Positions 13,494 through 27,512 of a DNA stretch of 64,000 nt are shown here, one piece after another. The notes below the pieces were generated by a model. That model had not been told where the DNA came from. It was given only the letters and a program-made list of their open reading frames with translations, and made no database searches. Every line of letters starts with the position of its first letter. Positions within the stretch are counted from its first letter, which is position 1. Made by a program: the position numbers and the translations under genes. This stretch comes from the human T2T-CHM13v2.0 reference genome, Homo sapiens. The stretch is taken from the NCBI RefSeq assembly GCF_009914755.1, contig NC_060931.1. One strand, given 5' to 3'.

Positions 13494-13895
13494 TTTTAAT
13501 TTTTTTAATTGTCACAAAATAATTGTGTACATAGACACAAAATAATTGGGTACATAGTGATGTTGTGATATATACAATGTATAGTAATCGGATCAGGTAA
13601 ATCAGCATATTCATCATCTCAAACATTTATCGTTTCTTTGTATTAGGAACATTCGACATCTTCCTTCTAGCTATTTGAAACTATATATTATTGTTGACTA
13701 CAGTCATCCTGCAATGGTGTAGAACACTAGAACTTATTCTTCCTACCTAGCTGTAATTTTGTCTCCTTTAACAAATCTCTCCCTATCTTCCACTCCCCCG
13801 ACCTTTCCAGCCTCTATTAGCCTCTGTCCTACTTTCTACTTATAATGATGACAGCAGCATTTGTTAGTTTCCACATGTGAGTGAGAACATGTGGC
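13494..13895 (-). mobile_element. L1MA-type LINE-1 3' end, antisense
   Basis: T-rich start then atctcaaacatttatcgtttctttg...tagaacactagaacttattcttcc...tccacatgtgagtgagaacatg, typical of the reverse-complemented L1MA 3' UTR. Confidence 0.8.
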
Positions 13896-13909
13896 TTTTT
13901 AACTTTTAG

Positions 13910-14330
13910 AATGTGGTATTCAGGCACTTCATGGTACAGTTGGTAAAAGTGAAAATGTGTCCAAAAGTTTGTGATTATCTATATAAACAAAAATGGTATA
14001 AATCCAAATATCAATTTTGCATTGAAGAACTTACCTTAGAGGTATATTCTCACAAGTGCACAGAGCATTTAAGCATTTGTTCACTGCAGCATTGTTATCA
14101 GTATTTTAAAACTATGGTACATCCATGTACTTCCACATACAGCTCTTAAAAATAAGGAGGATATGAATGAACTAGTATGAAAAGAAGTCCAAATACATGT
14201 GAAAGTGAGAATAGCATGGTTCTGGATGGTATGCAAAGTATGATCTCGTTCTTTTAAAAGAAAATAAATTACATACACATACATATTTTCTATATGCTTG
14301 CCCATAACGTTTAGGAAAATTCTTGGGTGA
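13910..14330 (+). mobile_element. Old L1M(E)-type fragment
   Basis: ttcactgcagcattgtt...aaactatggtacatccat resembles a degenerate L1 ORF2 end / 3' UTR. Confidence 0.5.
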
Positions 14331-16339
14331 TATTTATTAACCTGGACTTCCTCTTGGAAGACTGATGGTAGAAGGAAGGGGACGAGTTAGGGAAGAGGAG
14401 GAGAAGGAAAACTTTGCTTTTCATCTTCTACCTTTTAGCATTATTTGAATTTATTTTCCTTAAGCGTTTACTTTGTTTCGTAAACAAAAAAGCACAAAAA
14501 CAAAAAACGAGTTAAATGGGAAAAAAAGCAGTTTAGCTCTTTATAGCCTCTCATTTGGCTTCGCCAGCCTCTCACTGCAGCCTCAGAGAGCTGGTCTGGG
14601 AAACACTGGTAGATGAGGACTGTAATCCTCACTCATGGAAGAGGATCTCATTCACTGGGTTTGCTGACTGTGACTAGAAGTGATTAGGGTGTCAAAAAAC
14701 CCAAGCATGTTAAAAATTTCCAGAGGCCAAAAAGATGCTTTCATTGTTCTGCTCTTCTTTTCCTTGTCGCTTTCACTTTGGGTAGCTTCTAAATTGGTAT
14801 TTTGCATGGTGCATTTAAAGAAAATGAGACCCCTTTGGCCAATGCAGGAGTCTACACTCTGATATTCTAGAGTCAAAGCTGAATGCTGACACCTAGGAAT
14901 TCATCTCTAGAATGTTTATATAAGGAATAGCCCCTCAGTATTCCGATCTCGTATCTTAGTAACGAAACTAACAAAAGCCTGATTCTCCTCTGGTAGTTTT
15001 CTTGTCTTTACCATAATACAAAATAAGTAATTTGTTCTGCACCCTGACTGTTCAAAGGATAGGGTAGCTGGGGGCGGGGACAAGAATGGAGACCTTATTA
15101 CATAAGACTTCCTGAAAAAGGAAACTCTGTTTTTGTTTGAAATGATTTGGTCTGAAATTTAGTTTGTGTACACTTACCAAAGGGATTCCTATTTCTAAAA
15201 CACTCATACTGCTTTTGATTCCTGTTAACCTTTGAGCACTCTACGTAATGATGAGAGCACTTAAAGAGTCATGTCACTTTTAGTAAAGAATCAAAGAATA
15301 CTTTTTCTACTTCTTCGAGTTTGATCTCTGCTTCTCCAGTTAAAACCAGTATTTGTTTTTTTCATTTCTAAAGTTGGAAGAAATGACAGTTAGTTATGGC
15401 ATAAGGATGTACATTTAACCAAATAGGAGTTGACATTCTTGGTAAGAAATCTTACCAAGATTATGTTATAGATTATAAGAAATCTTATCAAGAATATGTT
15501 CCTAAATCATCCTCTTTTCCCATAAAATATTAAAGTATCAGCAATTTCATAGGATTCAACCTAATGTATGCGAAATGCTAGATAAACAGATAAATACTTA
15601 ATATCTGGCTTTTTTTCAAAGCACTGGGTTATTTGTTCCTTGAGATTTATCCTAAATGTGGGCTATACCCTGGTTTACAGTGTCTCACAGATGTGTAGTA
15701 GTAGACACTCCATAAGTGTTTACTGACTTGAATCCACAGGGTACTGAGAAAATGCTACTGATAGACTTGGAGGAGAGCATATCTAAAGCAAGCTACCCTT
15801 TCCTTTAGGGCACGTCTCACTAATTCTTTGGGTAAAGCGTATTTTTCTTCCTTTTGTGTTTTTGGCAGTCTTTCCAAAAATACGTGTTATACCTATGCAT
15901 TATTTTTTGGTTTGGTTTCTAAAGAAAGAGTCAGCCGGTGGGAAAGTGAAGGATGTGGGAACTGAGAGATCTGCATCAGCATCCCACCTCTACCTCCCAC
16001 GATGGGACCTGAGACAGTTATTTTTGCCTCCTGGACCACTATAGTATCATCTGTAACAGGAGGGACTTGAGCCAGTTGATCTCTAAGGTTCCTCTGGCAC
16101 CTGTGACCCTAAATAGATATTGGATATTGGTTTAATGCTATTTGTAGTGTGTTTTTTTGGGGATATGGAAACCAGAAGTTTGTTTCCATAAACATAAACA
16201 TAAACTGTATATATCTAAAGGATATGGAAACCTTTAGATATATATAATCTGCTTACGTAAAGAAGGTTTGTATATATTGCAGTGTCAATGGGAATATTTT
16301 ATCAAGTTAAGCATAGTAAATCACATTGATTAAATGCTT

Positions 16340-16500
16340 TGTATTTACCAAACATTACCCAAAGTGTTTTCTCCTTTCAACCTCACAAGGACCCACAGAA
16401 GAAAATACAGTTATCATTTCCAACCTGCAGGGAGCTGAGACACAGAGAATTTAAGCAACTGACCGGAAGTCCAACAGGGAGTCAGAGATTGCTCTGGGGT
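16340..16500 (-). mobile_element. MIR fragment
   Basis: cctcacaa...ctgagacacagagaatttaagcaactgacc matches the reverse MIR core. Confidence 0.6.
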
Positions 16501-17029
16501 GTGATCCCCACTTGGACCCTAGAGTGGAAGCTTCTCCACTACTTTATAGAGTTGAGATTCTATATTTTGAGCTTGTATTTACCCAGAGAATTATATCCTC
16601 TTGGGCAATTGTGTATAATAAAACCTCATGCATTTAGGAGAGGCGGGATGACAGAACTTTGTTGAGTGAATTATAATCTACTTGAGAAATTATTTGCTTA
16701 CATTTTATAAGCTAATTATACCATATCTCATCCAGTTTTCCCAGAACACTTCTCATAGGTAATGCTTTATTTGAAACATAGGCCATAGGTAAGTTAAGTG
16801 TAAATGTGTATTTTTATAATTTAACCAGAAGTTTATTTCATTTTTCTAAATAAGTGAAATTGTATTGCATCTTCTAAATTATTCTATTTAAACACTTGAT
16901 GTCTTGCTGTCTCCGTCTCTGTGTGTTTGCATGTCATTGTACATGTTCTTAGGAAAAGTGTGGGAGCTTGACGCAATATATACCTTATGTTTCTATGTGC
17001 ATATAGTTTACCAAATAATACCATAAGTT

Positions 17030-17240
17030 TACTTAGCATATTAGAATCCATGCACATTATTTTTATTTTATCTTCACCGCAACCCTGTGGGATAGACCAA
17101 AATCATGCTTTTCAGCCTCCTTTTTCCACTTGAGGAAAGGAGTCTTAAAAAAGGGACCAGTCTCATGTTCCCATTCGTCTTACAACTAATTGGTCAAGCC
17201 AGAAAGCCAGAACTATGTCCTGGGTCACTAACTCCTAGTC
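17030..17240 (-). mobile_element. MIR fragment
   Basis: tgcacattatt...caaccctgtgggatag...tgaggaaa matches the reverse MIR core. Confidence 0.5.
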
Positions 17241-18701
17241 ACTGTGTGTTAGTATTTGAGATGCCTGTTGGCTTGATTTAGTCATTTATTTTTTAGTGTT
17301 TTATAATCCTTGCATACTTTTACATTTTAAATGGTTAACCAGGCAAATTGGTTTAAAATCAGTGCATAAAAATACTGTGCCTATCATGATGGGTTTCATG
17401 AAGTGATAACTTTTCATCATGGAGATCCTCAGCTGTCACAGAAGATGAGGGGCCCTGGGTACAGAGGCTCACGTGAGGGATGAAAGTCTCAGCAGCCCGG
17501 ACTTACACTTTGGGGCTTTTAGGCAAATCAGACAACCTCTTAAGAACTATCACTGAGTTCAGGCAAGGCGAGCTTGAATTAACACAGGGCCCTTGGTGGG
17601 CATGTGAATATATCTCACTTCACTACCATCCAGTTCTGACTCTTTACTAGATGCCCCTGTACATACCAAGACTGATTTTTTATTCTCCCTTCTCCCCATG
17701 TGGTTTCTTCTGCATAGAGAGTTCCTATTGATCAGTCTGACCCATGGTATTTTAGAATTGCGATCCCTACTGTTTCATTATTCCTTTTTCTCCCCCATGT
17801 TGAAAAAAATAAATGTCCTGAGATGCAAGATCAGGGACACTGGAGCACTGACATTTAGTTCAGTGCAGGAACTGAAGGCAGATGTAATTCTTAAGAAGCG
17901 TACCTGTTATTATGAACCATCCTCAACAAATTGTAGTGGATCTTGTTTTCTCATAGATACAGCAGTTAAATTTTTTAATAAAAGTAACTAAGAGTTATTT
18001 GGATGTATTTTAGCATGCACTGAGCGGAAAGTACGACATTTCTTCATTGGGTAAGTCCTGATTCTTTATGATCCTCACTTGGTTCCAGGGCCCCATGCAT
18101 CTAAGGGTGTCTCAGAGCATCCTGCAGTGCTCCAGCATGATCGCAGGGAAAAGCTATAGGAGGAAAAGAGTCAATAAAGTTTAGTTTCTCAACCTCCCAC
18201 CTCCACCCCATAATAATGACAGCTGGTTAATCATGAGACGCGTGCACACCCCACACGCCCTGTACATGTTTACTCATTGGGATAGCATGTCAGGCCAGAA
18301 GGCTCCATGGTCATTTCTATGAAGGTACTTTAGCAGGTCTTCAAGAAGGCAAGTGGCCTGGGTCCCTGCCTCCCCAAATTGCAAGCTCCCTGCTTTATGT
18401 AGGAGACCTATGTGTATATTACAGTTCTGTGTAAGATTATTTTGTTATTCTTACCCCCACACCCACCCCCCAACCCCCCGCTGCCACCAAAAAAAAAAAA
18501 AAAAATTCCTCTGACAACCTTCATAAAGTCCTGGGAGTTTGAACACCATTGCTCTAGGAAGTCATCTTATACAAAAATAAGAGTTGTGAGGTGGTTCATA
18601 TACCTCCTGCGTTCTCCTATTTGGAGTTTTTCCCCATTTATGAAAGAGGTGAAAACGCTAAGATATTTAGCAATTATTACTTTAAACATTTTCTATTTAT
18701 A

Positions 18702-19004
<303 letters not shown>

Positions 19005-20149
19005 TTACAGCAGTGAAAATAGTAGTGACTTAATGCACATTGCCAAGGCTTTAGCATAACATGAACACTTTCACTCAATGTCTCTCTGGCCTTTTGTTTT
19101 TCCTTGGGAAATTCTTATAATCCTGCTCCGTCTTTAACTATTCATTTTGTATTGGCTATCCAAATATACCCAATAATGCTCTTTCTGAAAATATGCCAAT
19201 TGTGGTAATTACAGCTAAGCTGGAATATTAAATTGTGATGTCTGTTTTCCAGAGAATGAAGTAGTATTCCCCAGAGCATAGGCTTGGTGCCTGTGCAGGT
19301 TCTATTTTAAATATTCCAGGAAGGGTTGTTTTATATACTGAGGATGATTTTACTGGTCTTGCCAGTCGTCTGAAATGCTGGTATTACTCTTGTGGAAGGT
19401 TTATTCAAACAAACAAGGACATTTCACACAATACCTAGTCATGTTTTTCAGACATTTTAATGTTTGGTTCATCATTTGCACACACTCTCAAAAATCTAGG
19501 TTTGTCTATGTGTTCATATCATTTTGCCTGTTGCCAGCTCAGTCAGCAGGCACACTCTCCCAGGCTGTTGCTGTTTTGTTAGACTTCTTCAGGACCTTCA
19601 TCTAAAATGGTCTTCCACACGTAGCTATACTGCATAAGTTCACATCATCTGTTTCTTGCATGTGGGTTGTGTCTCAACTCAAGTTTAAGTTAGATTTGGA
19701 AGGGCGGAAACTATAGGAGTTGCAGCTTCAGTGGAGAAAAGAGCATTTCCTACTAGTTATGGCTTCCCAAGGAAGGTTAGATTCCTCAGAGTAGGAGTGA
19801 TTCCCCAATGCTAGAACCTTTGGTCAAATATAATTCTAATCCAGTCAAAATAAATACAGGTATTCTGTAAAACCCGATTTCATTTTGTAAATCCTACTTT
19901 GTATAGTATAAGCAATTTTTGTATTTGTGTGGATTATATTTTATTTTCCTATTTCAAAGAGAAGAATTTGTATTAGCAGACTCCCTTTGCATGCGGAGAG
20001 GGGATCATTTTCCCAGTAGGCATGGGGTTCCCTTCCATTCCTTGTCCAGTCTTCTTTTCCCCACTAAGTTAAGTCAAACTAAGCAGCTGGTAAGATATTC
20101 CCTGGTTCTTGCAAAGAAAGTGAGCAGATGGCAGAATGTATAGCTCTAA

Positions 20150-20680
20150 GCAGAATACCTGGTGTGGTATCCTCAAACACAAATTGACAGGAGGGTGTGG
20201 TGTGGCAAGCTCATTGTGGGGGTAAATTGGAATAAGCTTACAGGGGGAAGAGTTGACAAAAGATAGGAAGAACCTTAAAAATATAGATGCCTTTTATGCA
20301 GTGATAAAATGTCTAGATATTTATACTGTGGTGATTATTAGGAATATGTGCAAAGATTGGCTATTAGGATGTTCATTACAGTGTTGTTTAATAATTATAA
20401 AAGGACAGAAAGCAATGTGGACTCAAAAATAGGAAAAGAATTTAAATAAATCCTAGTGTACCCGTTATACATGAAATTATGGAAATATGACCCTGAGCAT
20501 GGAAATATGTACATGAGAATGTCTAAAAGCTAGTTCATTTTGAAAAACAAAATAATGTCACCTCATATTATTTATAGTATATAAAGATGATTTTAAGAGT
20601 GGCAGTGTCTGGGATTATAGGTGATTGTATTTCTTCCCTTTTGCACATCTATGTTCTCTCATTTGTATTGTGTGGGGAGA
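20150..20680 (+). mobile_element. Old L1M(E)-type fragment
   Basis: ggatgttcattacagtgttgtttaataa...aaataaat...catgaaattatg resembles a degenerate L1 ORF2 end / 3' UTR. Confidence 0.5.
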
Positions 20681-20812
20681 AGTGACTTTTTTTATAAAAA
20701 GAAAAAGGTATATGCATCCCAGCAGAGAAGCACTGGCTCCACCCAGTACCTGCCTCCTCATGCCACCCTCTCAAGCCAAAAGCCGGGGGAAGCCCAGGCA
20801 CCTTGACCATGA

Positions 20813-21166
<354 letters not shown>

Positions 21167-22000
21167 TGAGAGCCACACACCCCGCAAAATGTCCAAGTTG
21201 AGGAGCAATCCTGCCCAGGGACGCGTCTCTGTCACTGTCCTCTGTCCTCACTGCACTTGCAGGAATATCAAATGTTATGGATTGTAGATCGTGAAAATTA
21301 CACACTTACGTGTTTTGGCAACAGTGCTTTTCAGTGTTTGGGGTTAGAACAAGCCACATCTGGCCATTTTATGTTATCCCTCTAATCTCTAGTTCTTAAA
21401 TTTCAGATTTAACTGAAAATAGAAAGTTTCATAAATGGTAATTTTTAAATGTTAGAAAAAAATCAAAGCACACATTTACATACCTTTTCCATAAAAAAGT
21501 GTGTGTGAAACCATCTGCAACTCCACTGGTTAACTTACACATGCGACAGTTTGTGTTTGGAAAACTTCACCCACCCTCTTTATTTCAAGAAACCAAAGAC
21601 GGAGAGAAGTTCAGTGAATTAACCAAGGTGAAATGACAGAGTCAGAATTGAACTGAATTTCTGACTGAAAAACTAGTTCTCGCTCCATTATACCATGTTC
21701 TAATGAGCTAATGAGTCAACAGTTCCCTGGAATACCTGTTTTCTTCTTTAAAAAGAGAAAGAGCTGTGATACTGAGAGCTACCTATTGGCATAAAAGAAT
21801 ATGAAGGACATACAGGTAAAATGAGGTAGACTGGATCAATGTGGGTCAGCTACATAAGCCCCCATAGCCAAGGAGGGAACATGTATGTAAAATTCTCAGG
21901 CTTATGAGAATCACAACTGTATGTCTATAGGACATCCTAATGCAATAATGGGAAAATGTGATAACTGAATTTTATCTACATGTATAGAAAACATATTTTG

Positions 22001-22382
<382 letters not shown>

Positions 22383-24169
22383 TTAACTCAGCAGCACAGT
22401 TAATGGCACAAACAGATAAAGATGGTGGCTAAAGCCATTTGGTGTAGATGAATCCAGAAAACAAGTACATTTATGAATTATTTTACCCTATTGGAAAATG
22501 GCTACTATATGTGGAAAGTAGAGGGGAAGAGAAATGAACTTGTGAATTATCTACTCTATTCTACCAAAGAAAGATACATATATCATTTCAGGGTTTTCCA
22601 AAGTTGGGATGCAAAGGATCATGTTTCATTTTAATTTATGTATTTATTTTTGAGATTGTCTTCTATGTATTGCAAGTGATACTGGTTTTACCATGCACTG
22701 TACCACTACGAGGGTTCCTTTCAAAACACATTCATATAAATTAAAAAATCAGTTTAAATAAAAACATCAAGTCAATAGTAGTACATAGATATGATAAAAG
22801 TTTGCAAAAGTGGCACAGGAATAGTCATTGGGTGGTGATGTTCCCTGATTTTTTTAGTCCCTGAAGCACCCAGCGCCAAGGGTACTGTTCTTCCTGCTTA
22901 ACACAGGAGCAAACAGATGCTCACACCCTGCCCAAGAACACAGAGGCTCAGGGACTGAACCAGAAGAAATGATCCATTAACCATGTAAATGAACAGAGAG
23001 CCTGGATGTCAGAGTGAGGAGGCCAGCTCGGGTCGCTGTGGAGAAAGAGATGGGCTCTCCCTGGAATCCCTGCAGCTGCCCTTAGAGGCTGTGAGCCATC
23101 GTGGCTAGGGCATCTTTAGAGAACTGAAAGTCAGGCCGATTCCTGGAGAGTGAAGAATAGCACACGTGCCTTCAAAACAGTGTCAGTATCCTGTCCCTTA
23201 CGGACGTCATATTGTTGGTGGGTTTTCCTGGGTGGGAGATCACCCAGTATCTGGTTGGCATTACTGATGGGTTCCCAGAGCTGTCTTTTGGTTCAAAGTC
23301 CTGCCCTCGGTCCCAGCTGCCCCCAGCACAGGTGTCACCTTGGAGTCAGGGGCGGGTTTGTCATAGCCCATGGGTCCTGGCCCTGCCCTTTATCATGTTT
23401 GACATGATTTTCAGTCTACTTTTCCTTCAGGATGTAATTTAGAAAATATGATTTCAGAATTGTGAAATTTAAAAACCCTAGAAAACCTCTTTGCTTTGCT
23501 TGTAAATAGCAGTTGATGCAGCCCTGTGGACAGGCGGGAACAGCCATGTGACGTGGGCACTGAGATGATTTGGGAGATTGAATGCTCCTCAGTGGGGCTA
23601 GAGGCCACAGGAGTGATAGGTTACTGTAAAGAAAGCAAAAAAGATGCAAAAGCCTACATGACAAACCAGGCACGACACAAAGGAGAGGCTTGAGAAGAGG
23701 AAGTGAAGGAGGGAGAGGATTCCACAAGACCGAAGTGCCCAAGGAGACATGGAGGGAAGAGAGGGCTCTTCACAGAGCTGAGTTTAGAGACCACCCTCCA
23801 TGGTTCTGGAAGGAAACCAGCCAGCTTTCATATGTGGTGACAGGCTGTTCATTAATTTGTAGTGTACAGCATTAAATAAATGAAGTATGTAGAGAACATT
23901 AGGAAACAATATAAAAAGGTAGGGGAATTCGTGGATAAAGGGAATAACCTGGGTACCATATTTCATCACATTATTCCATGGGAATAAGTCATCAGTGCAA
24001 AGGACTGTAAGGAGTGCACAGCAGGAAATGAAAAGACAGAAGCAGTGGGGCCGAGAGGAGGAAATGGAGTTGCTGAAATGCAGGGTGAGCAGCAGGGGCG
24101 GAGAGTGCCCTGTGGGTAAGGCACACCTCAGAAGGGACAGGTCCAGGCCCTCTCCTCCCTGGCCTGGAG

Positions 24170-24290
24170 CTTCTGGCAAGGCTTTTCTTCTCTGAGCCTC
24201 ACTTTCCTCTTTTGAAGGTGGCAATAGTAACTGAACCTGCATCACAGAATGGCCTTGAGGGTTAGATGGAACATATATAGACATAATTTG
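24170..24290 (+). mobile_element. MIR fragment
   Basis: ggcaag...ctctgagcctcactttcctc...gagggttagatg matches the MIR core. Confidence 0.6.
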
Positions 24291-24559
24291 TTGAAGACAG
24301 AGTAGCAAAGACACAAAGTAAAAAGGACAGAAAAAAGAAATGCAACTTGTGCAAAATAGAACTTTCAAAGATTTACAAGAAGGGTAAATGAAGCTATCGT
24401 AGCTTCACTTGGGAAAAGGGAGAGAACAGATGACCAGCACCAAGGATAGAAGAGGGATTTCTTACTTTAAAAAAAATGGTCCAAAGAATAAACAAACTGA
24501 AAACAGCCAAAAGAGAAAGGAAGAATTTGTTAGAATAGGGCAAGACTAAAGGACAGAGT

Positions 24560-25300
24560 AAGGGTGCTGGCCGCCACCTGACTCAAGTTCAAGTCGAGCT
24601 GCCACTGTTGAAATTTCAAGGAGAAATGGTGAGAAGCTAAAAGATGCAAAAAAAAAAAAAAAGTGGGAAATTATTTGCTAATAATAGATTGCAAGAGTGT
24701 CTGCTTTAGAAAGTGACAAGGAACACTTTTGGAAAGCTGTGAGCTGTTATGACCACTGGCATCCTTCAGTTTTAGACAAATCTAATCTCAACAAGGATAA
24801 CAGACCATATTAATAAACAAATTGATGGGAATGGTGGAAATCAGTTCCCTATGAGGAGGGTGCAAAGTTATACTGATTGGTGAGTCACTCCCAGAATAAA
24901 CAAATAATGGTTTCACACCTCATTGCTTCATTCAGTGTGGAAGGAACATTCTAGGTTTGTGTGTAAGTTTGGGGAGAAGGAGACAGAGCCAGAGGGCAGA
25001 GCAGCCCTGCAGCCCTCAGTTGGCCTCCATTTTCTTCCCGGTCTGAAGAAAATGAAACAAAGGATTTAAAGTGTTGCTTGAAGAATTTAAGTTAGACTTA
25101 AAGGAGAGATGTGGTCTTTACTCTCCTTTTGGCAAGGAGAGTTTAGTCATCAGAATGGTCTATTTAGTGAGACTGTAGCTTGTTCTTCTGAAGTGGTCTT
25201 TTTAAAAACTAGAGAACTCTCACCTCTCTGAAGTGGTTGTGTATGAAACTGTTTAAAGCCGAGGATGCACTCAGTGACCTCTTCAGGCAACCCCAGATTT
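24560..25300 (+). mobile_element. L3/CR1-like ancient LINE fragment
   Basis: aagttagacttaaagg...gtggtctttttaaaaactag...gtgacctcttcagg resembles the CR1/L3 3' end; boundaries are uncertain. Confidence 0.4.
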
Positions 25301-26687
25301 ACTCAGTCAGCCATGGCACACATGCTAGAGAAGTAAAAAAATGAATTGAGACTTGTTCTGAAAACTCTTGAGCAGGGGCTCTTAAAAGTTTTTTGTTTAG
25401 GAATTATGTCAGGGTTGGGGTCTGGAGAGCAGATAAGTGTTTTGTGTGAGAAAAGTAAAAACTTAGTTATTTTCTTCCCGTATTCAGTAATCCTTGCATT
25501 TTTTTCCTCCTCCTTTATACATACATTTTTGCCAGTTACTGACTTCTCTCTTGTACACATTTCCGTGTCCTAAATTAACCAAGAGTCCTCAGCCACTAGG
25601 ATTCTATTGACAAGCCCACAGGTCTGGAGGTGTGAGTAAGGGCATTCCTCCCCCATGAAATCAGGCAGCAGGGGAGGCGTTTGGGTGGGTGGAACAGAGG
25701 AGCAAAAGACCAGAGGACAGAGAAGAAAGATTGCAGGCTAGAAAACGGGATGGCCACCCCTGAGAAAGAGGACAAGCAAATTTAGGGCTTAGAGTAGAAT
25801 TGAAGAAAAAACCCAGGGCAGAGGCACAGGAATGCTGTAGGACTGAACTGGGACCATGATTGATGTAAGTGGAGATGGGTTGGTTGAATCCGTGGAAGGC
25901 CAAAGGATTGAGGCCCATATGGGCCTGGGACAGGGCTTACTAAATGACTTGCTACCTGGCTTGATAATCGGGACAACCTCAGGCAGTAGTTATTCAGGCG
26001 GGAGGACACATGAGTTTGAATATAGGGAGATAAGGTATATTTCTATATGCCCTGGTACATTCCAGAATGTGCTTCTCTGGCTCTGTGCACTGGAGCAGCC
26101 AACTCCTGAAGTTGGGAGGGGATCGCCATGGTTTCATGAGTGGTTTATTTCAGCTTGCATCTCACAGTGTGGTGTTCAGAGGCATAGGCTCTAGGCTCCC
26201 TGGCAGCACTGAGAGATAGAAACTGAATCAGCACAACTTAGGTCCTTCATGTTGAATAGTTTGAACAGAATTTGATTTACCCTAGCCTAATTGAAAAAAA
26301 AAAAAGTAGAAAAGAAATCTAGGTATTTTCCCTCTGGACTCCAGAACAAATGATTGAGTGTGTAAAAGCATAAATCTTTTTTATTCATTCAATTGAAGTA
26401 AAAATTTCTTTACTCAGCCATGAGTTCTAAGACTGCAGTGGGAATTGTAAGAGGATTACCATATTTTAAATTGGCTATTCTGGTGCCAAATCTCCCCTTC
26501 ATTTTACAGTTTCAGGCAGAAGACCAGCACGGTAGTCGGGGGAGGGGGGTGGGTAGACAAATGGTGGTAACAGTCCTCTACACTCTGGGAGGGAAGGAGC
26601 GGTGCTGGGGACAGCTTTCACCATGGAAAGAAAGCAGCCGCTCTGGAGATTGGGCAGCAGGCTTTTGAGCACGGATGCGGAGCCTGC

Positions 26688-26811
26688 TTATCTAATCAGC
26701 AGCTAGAGGAAGTTGTTTTTATCTGCGAAATGCATCTCTTCTGAACCGATAAACCCCATTTTAGCTGGGGAGAAATATTATCTAGCAGCATCTGAGCATT
26801 AGCTGCAGCTG
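26688..26811. promoter_or_regulatory. Putative haematopoietic enhancer core (GATA/ETS/E-box cluster)
   Basis: TTATCT at 26688, 26719 and 26778; CGATAA at 26747; GAGGAAGT at 26706; CATCTG at 26789; CAGCTG at 26806; all within 125 bp. Confidence 0.5.
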
Positions 26812-27512
26812 AACTCAAGCATGTTCAAATGTGAGAGAAGTCTCAAGCCGAGAACTGTTTGCCGAACTTCAAGTGGCTGGAGTACTGGTTTTCAAGTTTT
26901 CTTTTCTTTCTTCTTTGAGGAATAACTGAAAGCATATTATTTGGATTCTTGTTCACCTTGCTTTTTTAGTTCCTTTCCCCCTTCATAGTTGAATTATTGT
27001 TCAGTGGTCCATGGAGCAAATTTTGAAAATTCTATGTTATTCATCTTGCAATTTACTACCACTATCTTGGAATGCCTCGTGAAGACAGCAGGTATTGTCA
27101 GCATGAACATATCCAAACCCAGATGATCCCGGTTGGAAAGCCTCCCCTTTTTCAAATTTCCCAAACATGAAATATAGTATTACAAAATGATCTGCCCACC
27201 TCTAAGCTTTTCCATGTTTGATAAGAGAGGCCATCATGTAACAGGTTCATTGCTTCGCATTTCAAAGTAAATTTTAATTTACAGTCTTCCAGATTCGTTT
27301 TGGGTAGGATTTTTATGTCTGCTAATTTGTCAAATAGTTCAAAATGTTTAGGGATCATGATGTCTTCCACAGAACTTCATGACAGTTTTGATTTTAGATT
27401 AAAGTAAGTGACTTTTGTGCTATATCAGATAACATCTTGTACTAGGTTTTGGAATAGACCGGTGAGATCAGGCAGCAGAAGTTTAATAACTTTCCTTGGA
27501 AAACTGAAATTG

